This document shows, piece by piece, positions 46,945 to 57,637 of a stretch of DNA of 64,000 bases. The translations under genes and the position numbers were made by a program. The stretch covers positions 4,608,001-4,672,000 of the forward strand of contig OZ244653.1 of the NCBI GenBank assembly GCA_965218795.1, read 5' to 3'. This DNA comes from a bacterium. GTDB taxonomy: Bacteria; UBA8248; JACPRG01; G963555815. Below the pieces are notes generated by a model, which saw only the letters and a program-made list of their open reading frames with translations, ran no database searches and had not been told where the DNA came from. How positions within the stretch are numbered: the first letter of the stretch is position 1; every line of letters starts with the position of its first letter.

Positions 46945-47940
46945 TCAGGCCACGGCGGGAATGATCTTTTCTGAAAACGTGCGCATGAGCGACGCGGCGT
47001 CCCCGGTCGTCGAGAGCAGGAACACCTGATTCACGCCGGCCTGGACAAAGGCGTCGAGTTTTCCGATGACTTCGTCCGGAGTCCCCGCCAGGGAGAAGTG
47101 GTCGATCCATTCCTCAGGCACCAGGTCGGCGTGCTCCGCCTGCGTGAGCATATGCTCCTGGTATCGGTAGGCTTCCTGGAAGCGCCGGGTTTCCTCCGCC
47201 GTGAAGCCCGACTTTTCCAGGGGGACCGCTGCGATGGGCCGTCGGGCCACGTAGGTCCGCACGTTCCGCCGGGCCTCTTCTCTGTCCTCGGAGACGTCGC
47301 AACCGATCTGGACGACGATATCAACGGATTTGGGGTCGCGCCCGGCTTCTTCCGCGGCTTGGCCGATGGTCTCGACAACGTACGTCAGGAGCTCCTCAGT
47401 GGCCCCGACGGACGCGATGACGCCGTCGCAGAGCCTCCCGGCCAGGCGCAGCATCTTGGGTCCGTTGGCCGCGAGATAGATTGGGACATTGGTGGGTTCG
47501 AATGTGGATAGAGCGGGGACCTTCCGGCCCTCATAGGTTCCGTCTTCCCCGTCCAGCAGATTGCGCATGCACGTGATGGCGTCTTCCAGGACTCCGGTCG
47601 ATGCGGGTTTCAGTCCCAGATGGAGGCAGGTTGTGTCGCCCGCCCCGATGCCCAGAATGGCTCGCCCGTTGGAGACTTCGTCCAGGCTGGCGAAGGCCCG
47701 GGCGGTCACGGCCGGATGGCGCGCGACGGGAGTCGTTACCGCCGTTCCCAGCTGGATGGTCGAGGTTTCCCTGGCGCATATGGCGAGGGTCACATAGGGG
47801 TCGCGAAAAATGCTTTGACTGTCTCCCTTCCAGGCATGAGAGAATCCCGTTTCCTCGGCCACCCGGACGGCCTCCACCACTTCAGCCGTCGAGCGCCGCT
47901 CCTCATGCGGGAATATCCCGATTCCGAATTTCAGGCCCAT
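46945..47940 (-). CDS. LLM class oxidoreductase (Mer-like, possibly F420-dependent)
   Basis: W.GDSQ...RDPYV, GTAVT.P..RHPAVTA, GRAILGIGAGD, PIYLAANGPKML. Confidence 0.9.
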   Translation of the reverse strand: MGLKFGIGIFPHEERRSTAEVVEAVRVAEETGFSHAWKGDSQSIFRDPYVTLAICARETSTIQLGTAVTTPVARHPAVTARAFASLDEVSNGRAILGIGAGDTTCLHLGLKPASTGVLEDAITCMRNLLDGEDGTYEGRKVPALSTFEPTNVPIYLAANGPKMLRLAGRLCDGVIASVGATEELLTYVVETIGQAAEEAGRDPKSVDIVVQIGCDVSEDREEARRNVRTYVARRPIAAVPLEKSGFTAEETRRFQEAYRYQEHMLTQAEHADLVPEEWIDHFSLAGTPDEVIGKLDAFVQAGVNQVFLLSTTGDAASLMRTFSEKIIPAVA

Positions 47941-48141
47941 GCCACCGCTCCTCCCCCCCGAGCTTGCTGACGGTTGCTCTCTTACCTTCCCGTGCTGTAT
48001 CTATGGGAATCATTCATTGATCAGAAAAGGGAAGTCAAGGGTAGCCCATGGGACTTTCTCTGGCCTGAAAAATCGTTCGAGGGGGCGAATCCGGAAGTCT
48101 GATAGGGACTGTCACGCAGGCGCGATTGGAAAGAGACCTCC

Positions 48142-49287
48142 ATGAATTTTGATCTTACCGAAAAACTGCGGCTATTGCGCGAAATGGTGCGAGAGTTCGT
48201 TCGGCAGGATCTGCTCCCGCACGAAGAGTGGGTGGAGGAGCTTGACGACGTCCCTCCCGAACTTCTGAAAGAGCTTCGCGTCAAGGCCCGCGACCTGGGC
48301 CTTCTGGGCCTCACCATTCCCAAGGAATGCGGCGGCGCAGGAATGGGTTTTTTGGCCAACTGTGTTCTCAGAGAAGAGCTGGGCCGGGCGAGCCTGGCCA
48401 TGTCCTATGCAGTCCGGGGTCCGGCTCCCATTTTGTCGATGGGCACGCCCGGGCAGATCGAGAAGTATCTCGCCCCATGCCTGCGGGCGGAAAAGCGGGA
48501 CTGTTTCGCCCTGACCGAGCCCAACGCCGGCTCGGACGCTTCGGCCATTGAGACCAGCGCCGTGCGGGATGGAGAAGACTTCATCCTGAACGGCAATAAG
48601 ATCTTCATCACCGACGGGATCAAGGCGGATTTCACGATTGTGTTCGCCGTGACGGACAAAGAGAAGCGGGCGCGCGGGGGCGTGACCGCGTTCTTGGTGG
48701 ACAAAGGGACGCCGGGCTTTCAGGTGGGGCAAAAGTTCCAGAAGATGGGTTGGCGCGGGACGGATCTGTCCGAGCTGGTCTTTCAAAACTGCCGGGTCCC
48801 CGATACGCAGGTATTGGGTGAAATCGGTCAAGGGTTCCGCTTGGCGATGGAATGGATTGACGTCGGGCGCCTGGGCATCGCCGCGGCGGCCGTGGGAACA
48901 GCGGAGCGGTTGCTGGAAATGGCGAAAGGTTACGCAAGCGAAAGGGTGACCTTCGGCAAGCCTTTGGCGGACCGCCAGGCCGTTCAGTGGATGATCGCGG
49001 ATTCGGCCATGGAAATCCGGGCGGCCCGCCTCCTCACCTACCAGGCGGCGGCCGAGGGGGATCAGGGCCGCGAGACGCGGCAGGCGGCGGCGATGGCAAA
49101 GCTGTACGCGACGGAGATGGTGGGGCGCGTGGCGGACCGGGCGCTCCAGATCCACGGTGGGATGGGATACATGAAAGATCTGCCGATTGAGCGCATGTAT
49201 CGGGATGTCCGCTACAACCGCATCGGGGAGGGCACCTCCGAGATCCTTCGCCATCTCATTGCACGGGGGATCCTGAAGGGGAAGTAA
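48142..49287 (+). CDS. Acyl-CoA dehydrogenase
   Basis: FALTEPNAGSD, NGNKIFIT, QIHGGMGY, RIGEGTSEI. Confidence 0.95.
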   Translation: MNFDLTEKLRLLREMVREFVRQDLLPHEEWVEELDDVPPELLKELRVKARDLGLLGLTIPKECGGAGMGFLANCVLREELGRASLAMSYAVRGPAPILSMGTPGQIEKYLAPCLRAEKRDCFALTEPNAGSDASAIETSAVRDGEDFILNGNKIFITDGIKADFTIVFAVTDKEKRARGGVTAFLVDKGTPGFQVGQKFQKMGWRGTDLSELVFQNCRVPDTQVLGEIGQGFRLAMEWIDVGRLGIAAAAVGTAERLLEMAKGYASERVTFGKPLADRQAVQWMIADSAMEIRAARLLTYQAAAEGDQGRETRQAAAMAKLYATEMVGRVADRALQIHGGMGYMKDLPIERMYRDVRYNRIGEGTSEILRHLIARGILKGK

Positions 49288-49295
49288 TCCAGTTG

Positions 49296-49454
49296 GAAGC
49301 GGCCCGGCGTGCCTGGCGTCGCTTCGGCAAGGGCAATCACCCTGCGGCGCTGAACGTTGGGGACTGCTTGGCCTATGCGCTCGCCGATGCGACGGGCTAG
49401 CCGCTGCTGTTCAAGGGCGAGGACTTCGCCCAAACCGATATCGGGCCGGCGTGA
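49296..49454 (+). pseudogene. vapC: VapC (PIN-domain) toxin C-terminal remnant
   Basis: AWRRFGKGNHPAALNVGDCLAYALA...*PLLFKGEDFAQTDI with an internal TAG and no N-terminus. Confidence 0.85.
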
Positions 49455-49568
49455 TCGAGAAAACGGGCCGGAGAACGGAAATGACGATGACTGAGCGGGA
49501 ATGGATGCCTCAGCGATCGCGAATCCACGTGGATGACCGCCGCATCATTTCGCTTGGGTCAGCGCATC

Positions 49569-52500
49569 ATGCAATAGGCTGATTCAGACTGCCACCGCAG
49601 AGCTTGCCGACTTCCTTACGGCACATCTGCCCCCTCTCGGCGGGGATTGGTGGAAGAAGCACGTTGAAGATCGCTTGAGTTTCCAGCAACAGCGTACGGT
49701 GCGGGAGCGCGAGCTCACGACGCTGGAGCAACTGGACTTTGCCGCCCTGCTGCGAGTTCTTGACCAGAACTGGCACGAGCTTTCTCAGGTGCTCAGTCTG
49801 CCTCGCGAAGGACGCACATGGGTCAAGGAGCTGCAAACGGTACGTAACAAGTGGGCGCATCTATCGGCCCAGACCATGGAGGCGAGTGAAGTCTATCGTG
49901 ATGCCGATACCCTCGGCCGTCTCCTCGATATGCTGGGCGCTGCTCCGGAATCCGCCGCAGCGGTTGAGGCCGCGAAGACGGATGCTCTTGCAAGTATGGC
50001 GACCGCCCGCGGCGTGATGGCCGGTTCTTCGGAGCCTGCCGAGGGGACAGGCGAACCAGCCGTTGAGGAGACAGCGCAGGGTGGCGGATCCGGATCGTCG
50101 GGACCTCCTGAGACAATGTTCCAGGTCGGTAGCTTGGTCGCGCTGCGATCCGATCCGGCGATTGTCATGCCGGTCATCGAGGTCGTGCCGAGTGGGGCCG
50201 AATGTCGCTACCGTGTATTTCAGGACACCAGGAAGGTTACCTACTACGAGAGCCAGCTACGACATCCCGAGCAGACCGAGGAAGCGCAGCCCCGACCGAG
50301 CGCGGCGGACCTGCGCGCGTACCTGACGAGCCTGCATCTGCTCTCGCCCTCGACGGCCAACCTTCATTCGCTGCGCTCGGGGCGTATTCAGTTCGTGCCT
50401 TACCAGTACCGCCCCGTGCTGAAGTTGATCCGGGCGGATCGGCCGCGTCTGCTCATCGCCGATGAGGTCGGCGTCGGCAAGACGATCGAGGCCGGCCTGA
50501 TCATCAAGGAGCTGCGGGCGCGCATGGACATTTCCTCCGTGCTCGTCATCTGCCCGAAGGCATTGGTCTCCGAGCGCAAGTGGTTCGTGGAGATGAAGCG
50601 CTTCGACGAACACTTCACGGCGCTCGATGGTCCGATGCTGCGCCACAGTCTGCGGGAAACGCATCTGGAAGGCGAGTGGCCGGACCAGTACGCCAAGGCG
50701 ATCGTCCCGTTCTCGCTGTTCGATTCGGACCTGCTCTTCGGGAAGGATAGGGAGGGTCGCCTAAAGAGCGAGGGGCTACTCGCCCTCGACCCGCCGCCGA
50801 AGTTCGACCTCGTGATCGTCGACGAAGCGCACCATATCCGCAATCCGGAAACGTACCTCCACCAGGGCGTGCGCTACTTTTGCGACAACGCGCAGGCCGC
50901 CATCTTTCTTACCGCTACGCCGGTCCAGTTGGGCAGCGAGGATCTCTTTACGCTGCTCAACGCACTCCGGCCGGACCTGGTGATCGACCGTCCGAGCTTC
51001 GAACAGATGGCCGCGCCCAATCGGTCCATCAACATGGCCGTGCAGCATTGCCGTTCCGCCAAGGAGGACTGGCAAGGGCAAGCGCGGGCGTGCCTGGATG
51101 AGGCCGCGCAAACGCAATGGGGCAGCCTGTTTGTGCGGGAGTCACCGGCTTTTCAGAACATCTACGACCGGCTGGGAGGAGAGCAGGTCGATGACGCGGA
51201 TCGCATCGGCATCGTCCGGTCTCTGGAGGAGCTCTATACCTTCAGCCCGATGATCAACCGGACGCGCCGCAGGGATATCGGCGAGTTCACGACTCGAAGG
51301 CCGGAGACGCTGACGACCGAGTTCACGCCCGAGCAGCAGCGCCTGCACGACGATCTGATCGATGTCGTGGCCCGTATCCTGGCGTTTGCGCACGGACAGC
51401 AGAACGTCAAGTTCATGATGACCACGATTCGCCGCCAGGCGGCGAGCTGTCTGTATGGACTGGCGCCCCTGCTGCGCAGCATCCTCGCCGGCAAGCTGGA
51501 TGGCCTTGAGACGATGGAAGCGGGCGATGTCGAGGGCGAAGCCGATCTCGGCTTCCTCGCCGAGGCGCGGAGCGATATCGAGGCGCTTCTGGAGAGAGCC
51601 GACAGCCTCGATCCGCGGGACCCGAAGGTTGATGCTTTTGTCCAGGTTCTGCGCGACAAGAGCCGAATGGCCAACAACAAGGCCCTGGTGTTCAGCACCT
51701 TCCGGCACACGCTTGCGTATATCGCAAGGCACACGGAAGACGCGGGATTGCGCTACGGGCTTGTGCATGGTGACGTGGCGGACGAGGAGCGGGCGGACTT
51801 GCGCCGCCGGTTCGCGCTGCCGAAGGAAGACCCGGACGCGCTGGATGTATTGCTCTCCTCGGAGGTCGGCGGCGAAGGGCTCGATTTTCAGTTCTGCGAC
51901 CTGTTGATCAACTACGATCTGCCCTGGAACCCGATGCGCGTCGAGCAGCGCATCGGGCGCATCGACCGCTACGGTCAACAGAGCGAGGCCGTTGCCGTCG
52001 TCAATCTGGTTACGCCTGGCACGGTGGATGCCGATATCTACGAACGCTGCCTGTTGCGCATCGGCGTGTTCCAGCACGCGGTCGGCGGCAGCGAGGAGAT
52101 TCTTGGCGAGATAACCCGTGAAATCCATGATGTCGCGGAGAGCTTCACGCTTACGGCCGAGGAACGCGCGCAGCGCTTACAGCAGCTCGGCGACAACGGG
52201 ATTCGGCAAATTCAGGAAGAGCAGGCGCTTGAGGAAAAACAGGCCGAGCTATTCGGGTTGACGGTTCCGAAACAATCCTGGCGTCAGGAGATCGAGGCCG
52301 CCGAGAGTTTCTGGCTGTCGCCAAGCGCCTTGCAGCGCTGCGTCTCGACCTATCTCTCCGGGCTGATGGAAACCGGGGGGGAGTTTTTTCTCGGCGAGAA
52401 GCCGCTCAAGACACTGAGGTTGAATCAGGGGGCCCGGGCCAAGCTGCTTGAGGACTTCAAGCGTCAGCCCCGTTCGACCGACCCGGTGGCCCGGCAATGG

Positions 52501-53169
52501 GAAAAGTGGCTCAAGGGCACCGGTCCGATGCTGTCGGTCACGTTCGATCAGGAAACCACCGCGGCCGTCCCCGACGCCGTTCACCTGAACGGCCTTCACC
52601 CTCTGGTGCGCCAAGCGGCCCGGTTCCAGGAACGTTCCGAGGTTGCCCGCGTCAGCCTGACCGCATCGAGCGAGAGTCTGCCGGCAGGCGAGTACCCGTT
52701 CGCGCTTTACCGCTGGCGCAAGGTCGGGGTGCGAACCGACGAAGCGCTGCTCGCGATCAGTACCGAGCCGGCAATGGACGACGCCATCATGTCATTGCTG
52801 GAGGAGGCCGGCGACGCGCGCGCTGAAATACGGGATGCCGATGAAGCCCTGGATGCGCTCGATCATCGGCACCATGACGAATGGAGCGTCGCGCGAGCGA
52901 ACCACGTGGCGGAGAACCGGGAGTTGGTCCAGCATCGCCTCCAAAGCCTGAAGGTCAGCCATCAGGCCCGATGCAGGCTGCTTGAGGACCAGGTTCAACG
53001 AGCGACCGATGACAGGATTCGCCGCATGAAGGAGTCCGAGCTGGCGAGAGCCGGATATGACTGCGAGCGGAGGGTTGCGGAATTGGAGGAAGCGGCGAAC
53101 AGCGCGGACATTCACGCTACACAGGTTGTGTTTGGGATGCTCACCGTGACCATGAGCGACATGAGATGA
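49569..53169 (+). CDS. SNF2-family helicase with N-terminal Swt1-like HEPN domain
   Basis: LDFAALLRVLDQNW...VRNKWAH (RxxxxH); LIADEVGVGKT, VDEAHH, LTATP, EGLDFQ, NYDLPWNPMRVEQRIGRIDRYGQ. The ATG at 49569 is one base out of frame; the tracked ORF starts at 49675. Confidence 0.9.
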
Positions 53170-55049
53170 GCGTCATTGAAGAAATCCGTCGAAGGAGAGA
53201 AAAGCTTCTCGATGCCTTGAAGACGAATCCTGAGATTCAGATTCGCAAGGTGGTCGAGGACATATACCCCGATCGAGTACATTTCATATACGAGCTTCTC
53301 CAGAACGCCGAGGATACGGGCGCGTCCGAGGTCAGATTCGATCTCTCCGAAAAGAAGCTTGTGTTCGAACACGATGGGCGGTCCTTTGATAAAGCGGACA
53401 TCGAAGCCATTACGGGTATAGGCACCGGAACCAAGAAGGACGATGGCGACAAGATCGGCCGTTTCGGCATCGGATTCAAGGCGGTCTTTGCCTATACGGA
53501 GACGCCGCGCATCTGGTCGCCGACGTTCAGTTTCGAAATCTCGGACTTGGTGTTGCCGAACGAAATTGAATCAGTTTCTTCACTTGGTGGAAAGACGCGG
53601 TTCGAGTTCCCGTTCGACTCCCCGAAGAAGCCGGCGTCGGATGCATTTCCAGAAATTCGGGATGGACTCGAAGGAATATCGGAAACCACGCTGTTGTTCC
53701 TCTCCCATATCGAATCGATTCACTGGCAAGTAGATGGCGGTTCGGAAGGACGCTTGTTGCGAATCTCGCACCCCGATCATCACGTTGAGATACTGAGGGA
53801 GAGAGATGGCAAGGCGACGAAAAGTTCGCACTTCCTCCGATTTACGCAACCCGTCGAGGGACTGGAACTGCAACACGTCGCCATCGCGTTCGCGCTCGAA
53901 GCGTTACCGGCCGCAAGCAGATTCGACGCGGCCAAGCCCTTGGCGAAACAGTTCCGAATCGCACCGGTCGTGCCGGGGCGCGTCGCGGTTTACTTTACCG
54001 CCGAGAAGGAGACGTCGGGACTGCGTTTCCATCTCCATGCGCCCTTCGTGCCCGAACTCAGCCGCGCCAGCATCAAGGACACGCCGGCGAACGAACCGCT
54101 GTTTCAGCAGTTGGCGGAGCTTGCGGCGCGTTCCCTGTTTGCGATCCGCGATCTCGGTTTTCTGAACACCGATTTTCTCTCGGTGCTGCCGAACCCGAAT
54201 GACGTTCTCCCCGACAGATACGAATGCATACGCGATGCCATCGTCGATGAGATGAATGAGCAACCGCTGACGCCCACCCATGCGAAGACTCATGCGCCCG
54301 CCACGCAACTGCTACAGGCGAGAGCGTCTCTGAAGACCCTCTTGGCCAAGGAAGATATCGAGATTCTCGTCGACTTCGAGGAGACGCCGCTTGCCTGGGC
54401 GATTGGCGCAACTCAGAAGAACAGCGACATTGACCGCTTTCTCTCTGGCTTGGCTATCAGGGATTGGGACATTAAACAGTTCGTGGAGAGGTTGGTAGAA
54501 GGGTTAAGCAGTAAGCCGAGATTTTCTCATGACGGCACAAAATTTCTTACCGAGCCTGATAAGACGTTGCTTCAGTGGTTGCGGTCGAAATCCGATGATT
54601 GGCACCAAACACTGTACGCGCTTCTCAATGGGAAAGAATCAGAGGGAGCTGCGTCCCGACTGAAGTATTCCTACATCGTTAGTCTCTCTACCGGCGATTA
54701 TATAGTTGGCAACGAATGCTACTTTCTTACGGAGGACGTTCAAGAGGACACAATGCTACCGAGGGTAGCGATCGGTACTTACACTTCGGGAAGGAACAGA
54801 AAGGAGCAGATACAGGCTAAAGAATTTCTTGAATCCATCGGCGTTCGTGAGGTAGGCGAGCGTGAACAAGTCGAGGCCATTCTCAAGCAGCGATACTCGA
54901 AAGAAGCCGAAATACCTGACAAGAAAACGCATAAGAACGATCTGAGACGCTTCATTTCGTTGGTGGAGAACGATCCAAAGGCGACTTGTCTCTTTAAGGA
55001 TTACTTTATATTTGAGCTGGCTGACGACCAATGGAGACAGCCTGCTCAG
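53166..55049 (+). pseudogene. Sacsin-like GHKL/HATPase protein, C-terminally truncated by deletion
   Basis: HFIYELLQNAED, FEHDG, IGRFGIGFKAVF, LRFHLHAPF. After DDQWRQPAQ the ORF reads out of frame into the next gene fragment. Confidence 0.85.
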
Positions 55050-55417
55050 GCACGTTCTGCAATAACCCCTTCGGTAACACCAGTTGCACAATCCTGCCGC
55101 GTATCGCAACCGGGCGCGACGATGCCCGGGAGACCGAACTGGCGGGAGGCAGCCTCGAGGAACTGGACCGCGAGCAATTGCCGCCCTGCGTGGACGAACA
55201 TGCCACCATCATGGCGCCGTTCGCGTTGCCGATGGTCAAGAACCATCCCTACGCGAAATCGGCCGAACAGACGCACGGTCATTTCGCCCCCACCCCTTAC
55301 ACGATCCAGCCCTATTCAGCGGCGGCCATTCCGTTCCACTGGATGCTGAAAGAGCAGGCCGAGGGCAACGAGGAGTTCGGCGTTCCGAGCAGGGCCGAGG
55401 ATCTCAAGCTGGGCTAT

Positions 55418-57113
55418 CCTGGATATCTCACAAAGAAAGAGAGCCAAGCCGGTTTTTTTCGGGTAAACTCTTTTTGATCAACGGGTTGCCCGAAGAAAGG
55501 AGACCGACTTGACTCGCACACAGAGTATCGCAGAACAGATGGAATTCCAAGGGTTGGGTTCTCGGCGTGTGATCGCCACTTCCAACGGCGGGGCGATCAC
55601 CTCTGATGCGGGCGGTCTTTTGCTACGCGACACCGAGGGGCGGGTGAAGCTGATCGCAGGCTTCGCGGCCTGTTTTGAGGACGGTCGGGACGCGAGGCGG
55701 GTGGAACATGAGTTGGGGGCGTTGTTGCGGCAGCGGGTGTACGCGCTGGCGCTTGGCTATGAGGACGTCAACGACCACGAGCGGCTTCGCTTTGACCCGA
55801 TGCTCCAGATCCTCTCGGGCAAGCTGGAGGCCACGCGGCGCAAGGGGGGTCCGGCCCTTGCGGGCAAGAGCACGCTGAACCGTTTGGAGCGTCTTGCGGG
55901 CGATGGCGATGAGCGCTACCACAAGATCGCCTACCGAGGCGAGGCGATCGACCGGCTGTTGGTGGACAACTTCCTTCGGTCGCAGAGGCGGGCGCCGGGT
56001 CGGATCGTTTTGGACATCGACGCCACCGACGACCCGGTGCACGGCTGTCAGAAGGGGCGTTTCTTCCACGGCTATCACGGTCATTACTGCCACCTTCCGC
56101 TTTACATCTTCTGCGGGGATTTCCTTTTGTGCGCTCGGCTTCGGCCCTCCAATATCGACGCCTCCTCGGGGGTGGTGGAAGAGTTGGAGCGGATCGTTGC
56201 CCAGATTCGGGCACGCTGGCCGCAGGTGTCGATCCTGCTTCGGGCGGATTCGGACTTCTCGCGCGAGTGGATCATGGCCTGGTGCGAGGCGCAGGGGGTG
56301 GATTACGTGTTCGGCCTGGCCAAGACCTCCCGGCTGCAGGAAGCGGTGAAGGACGAGCTGGCCGAAGCGAAGGCGCGTCATCAGAGCACGGGGAAGGGGG
56401 CGCGGTTATTCCGGTCGTTTCCTCACCGGACGCTTACATCCTGGAGCCGGGTGCGGCGGGTGGTCGCCAAGGCCGAGCACCTGGCCAAGGGCGCCAATCC
56501 GCGCTTCATCGTGACTTCGCTGGACGAGGAGGCGATCGACGCGAAGCCTCTGTACGAGCGCATCTACTGCGCCCGGGGGACGATGGAGAACCGGCTCAAG
56601 GAGCAGCAGCTCGACCTGTACGCGGACCGGACGTCGTGCACGCGGATGCGCTCCAATCAGTTGCGGCTCTACCTGTCGGCGGTGGCCTATGAACTGATGC
56701 ATGCGTTGCGTCGGCTAGGCCTTCGGGGGACGGCGTTTGCAAAGGCAACGTGTGGAACGGTGCGGACGCGGCTGCTGAAGATCGGGGCGCAGGTTCGGGT
56801 GAGCGTGCGGCGGGTGCACGTGGCCCTTGCGACGGGTTATCCGTACATGAATGTGTTCTTCCACGCCTGGCGGAACCTGCGCGCGGGGCCGGAGGGAGAG
56901 CCCGCCGTCTAAGACAGATTGCAAAATGAACGCGCAGGGAGTCGAGGCAAACGTGCGTGCGGAGCCGAGCCAAATCGGCCAAAAAGCCCCTCTCACGGGT
57001 CAACTCCAACCACCCACCGGCCCTGGCATCCACCGCAAAAGCGACAGACAGGAAAAAACACTCCAATTCACACCCGATAATCCATCCGCCGAGTGGGTGG
57101 TGAGAAATGCGGG
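55418..57113 (+). mobile_element. IS1380-family insertion sequence, copy 1 (1696 bp)
   Basis: IRL CCTGGATATCTCAC, IRR GTGAGAAATGCGGG. Confidence 0.94.
55509..56912 (+). CDS. IS1380-family transposase
   Basis: GGAITSDAG, GYEDVNDH..LR.DP, LDIDATDDPVHG.Q, LRADS, YCARGTMENRLKE. Confidence 0.96.
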   Translation: MTRTQSIAEQMEFQGLGSRRVIATSNGGAITSDAGGLLLRDTEGRVKLIAGFAACFEDGRDARRVEHELGALLRQRVYALALGYEDVNDHERLRFDPMLQILSGKLEATRRKGGPALAGKSTLNRLERLAGDGDERYHKIAYRGEAIDRLLVDNFLRSQRRAPGRIVLDIDATDDPVHGCQKGRFFHGYHGHYCHLPLYIFCGDFLLCARLRPSNIDASSGVVEELERIVAQIRARWPQVSILLRADSDFSREWIMAWCEAQGVDYVFGLAKTSRLQEAVKDELAEAKARHQSTGKGARLFRSFPHRTLTSWSRVRRVVAKAEHLAKGANPRFIVTSLDEEAIDAKPLYERIYCARGTMENRLKEQQLDLYADRTSCTRMRSNQLRLYLSAVAYELMHALRRLGLRGTAFAKATCGTVRTRLLKIGAQVRVSVRRVHVALATGYPYMNVFFHAWRNLRAGPEGEPAV

Positions 57114-57637
57114 CTAGGTCCACGTCCTTCATTGCCAAGTCCGAAGCAGATTCATGCCCACCTAACCGCACCTTCACACGCCTTTCGAATGCATTTGAGC
57201 ATCCCTCACTTCTGGCCGTGTAGGGGAGAACACCCACCGACGTATGCGGGCGTTCTCCCATCGTGAATGATGGCGTATAGCGTAAATGCTTTTTCTGTGT
57301 AGATTTACCAACAGCCGAAAGGCTGATTTTCCCAACGGCCATAAGCCTCCATCTCTGCGCTTCGTTCTATTTGTGGCCGATGAGAGTTATTACTTCCAGT
57401 TATTTGGATCATTGCATTTTTCGTTACTAATTCTTTTTTTTATTAACGCCAGTTCATATGATTGCCCTGCACAAGCACCTATGATCGGTTAAATCCCTAT
57501 CATCCAGAGAGCGGTGACCCTCGCCGAGGACATTGCAGCGGTGGAGACGCGAATCCAGACGCCGACGGGCTTTCACTGCGGCTTCTTCGCCGTTCGCACA
57601 CCATGATATACTAACCGATCTTATACGTTGGCAGGGA

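Noticed and set aside
57114-57630. Additional cargo genes flanking the SPFH gene (also 59319-59916)
   Set aside because: Only short or IS-truncated ORFs with no recognisable motif; no call can be supported.
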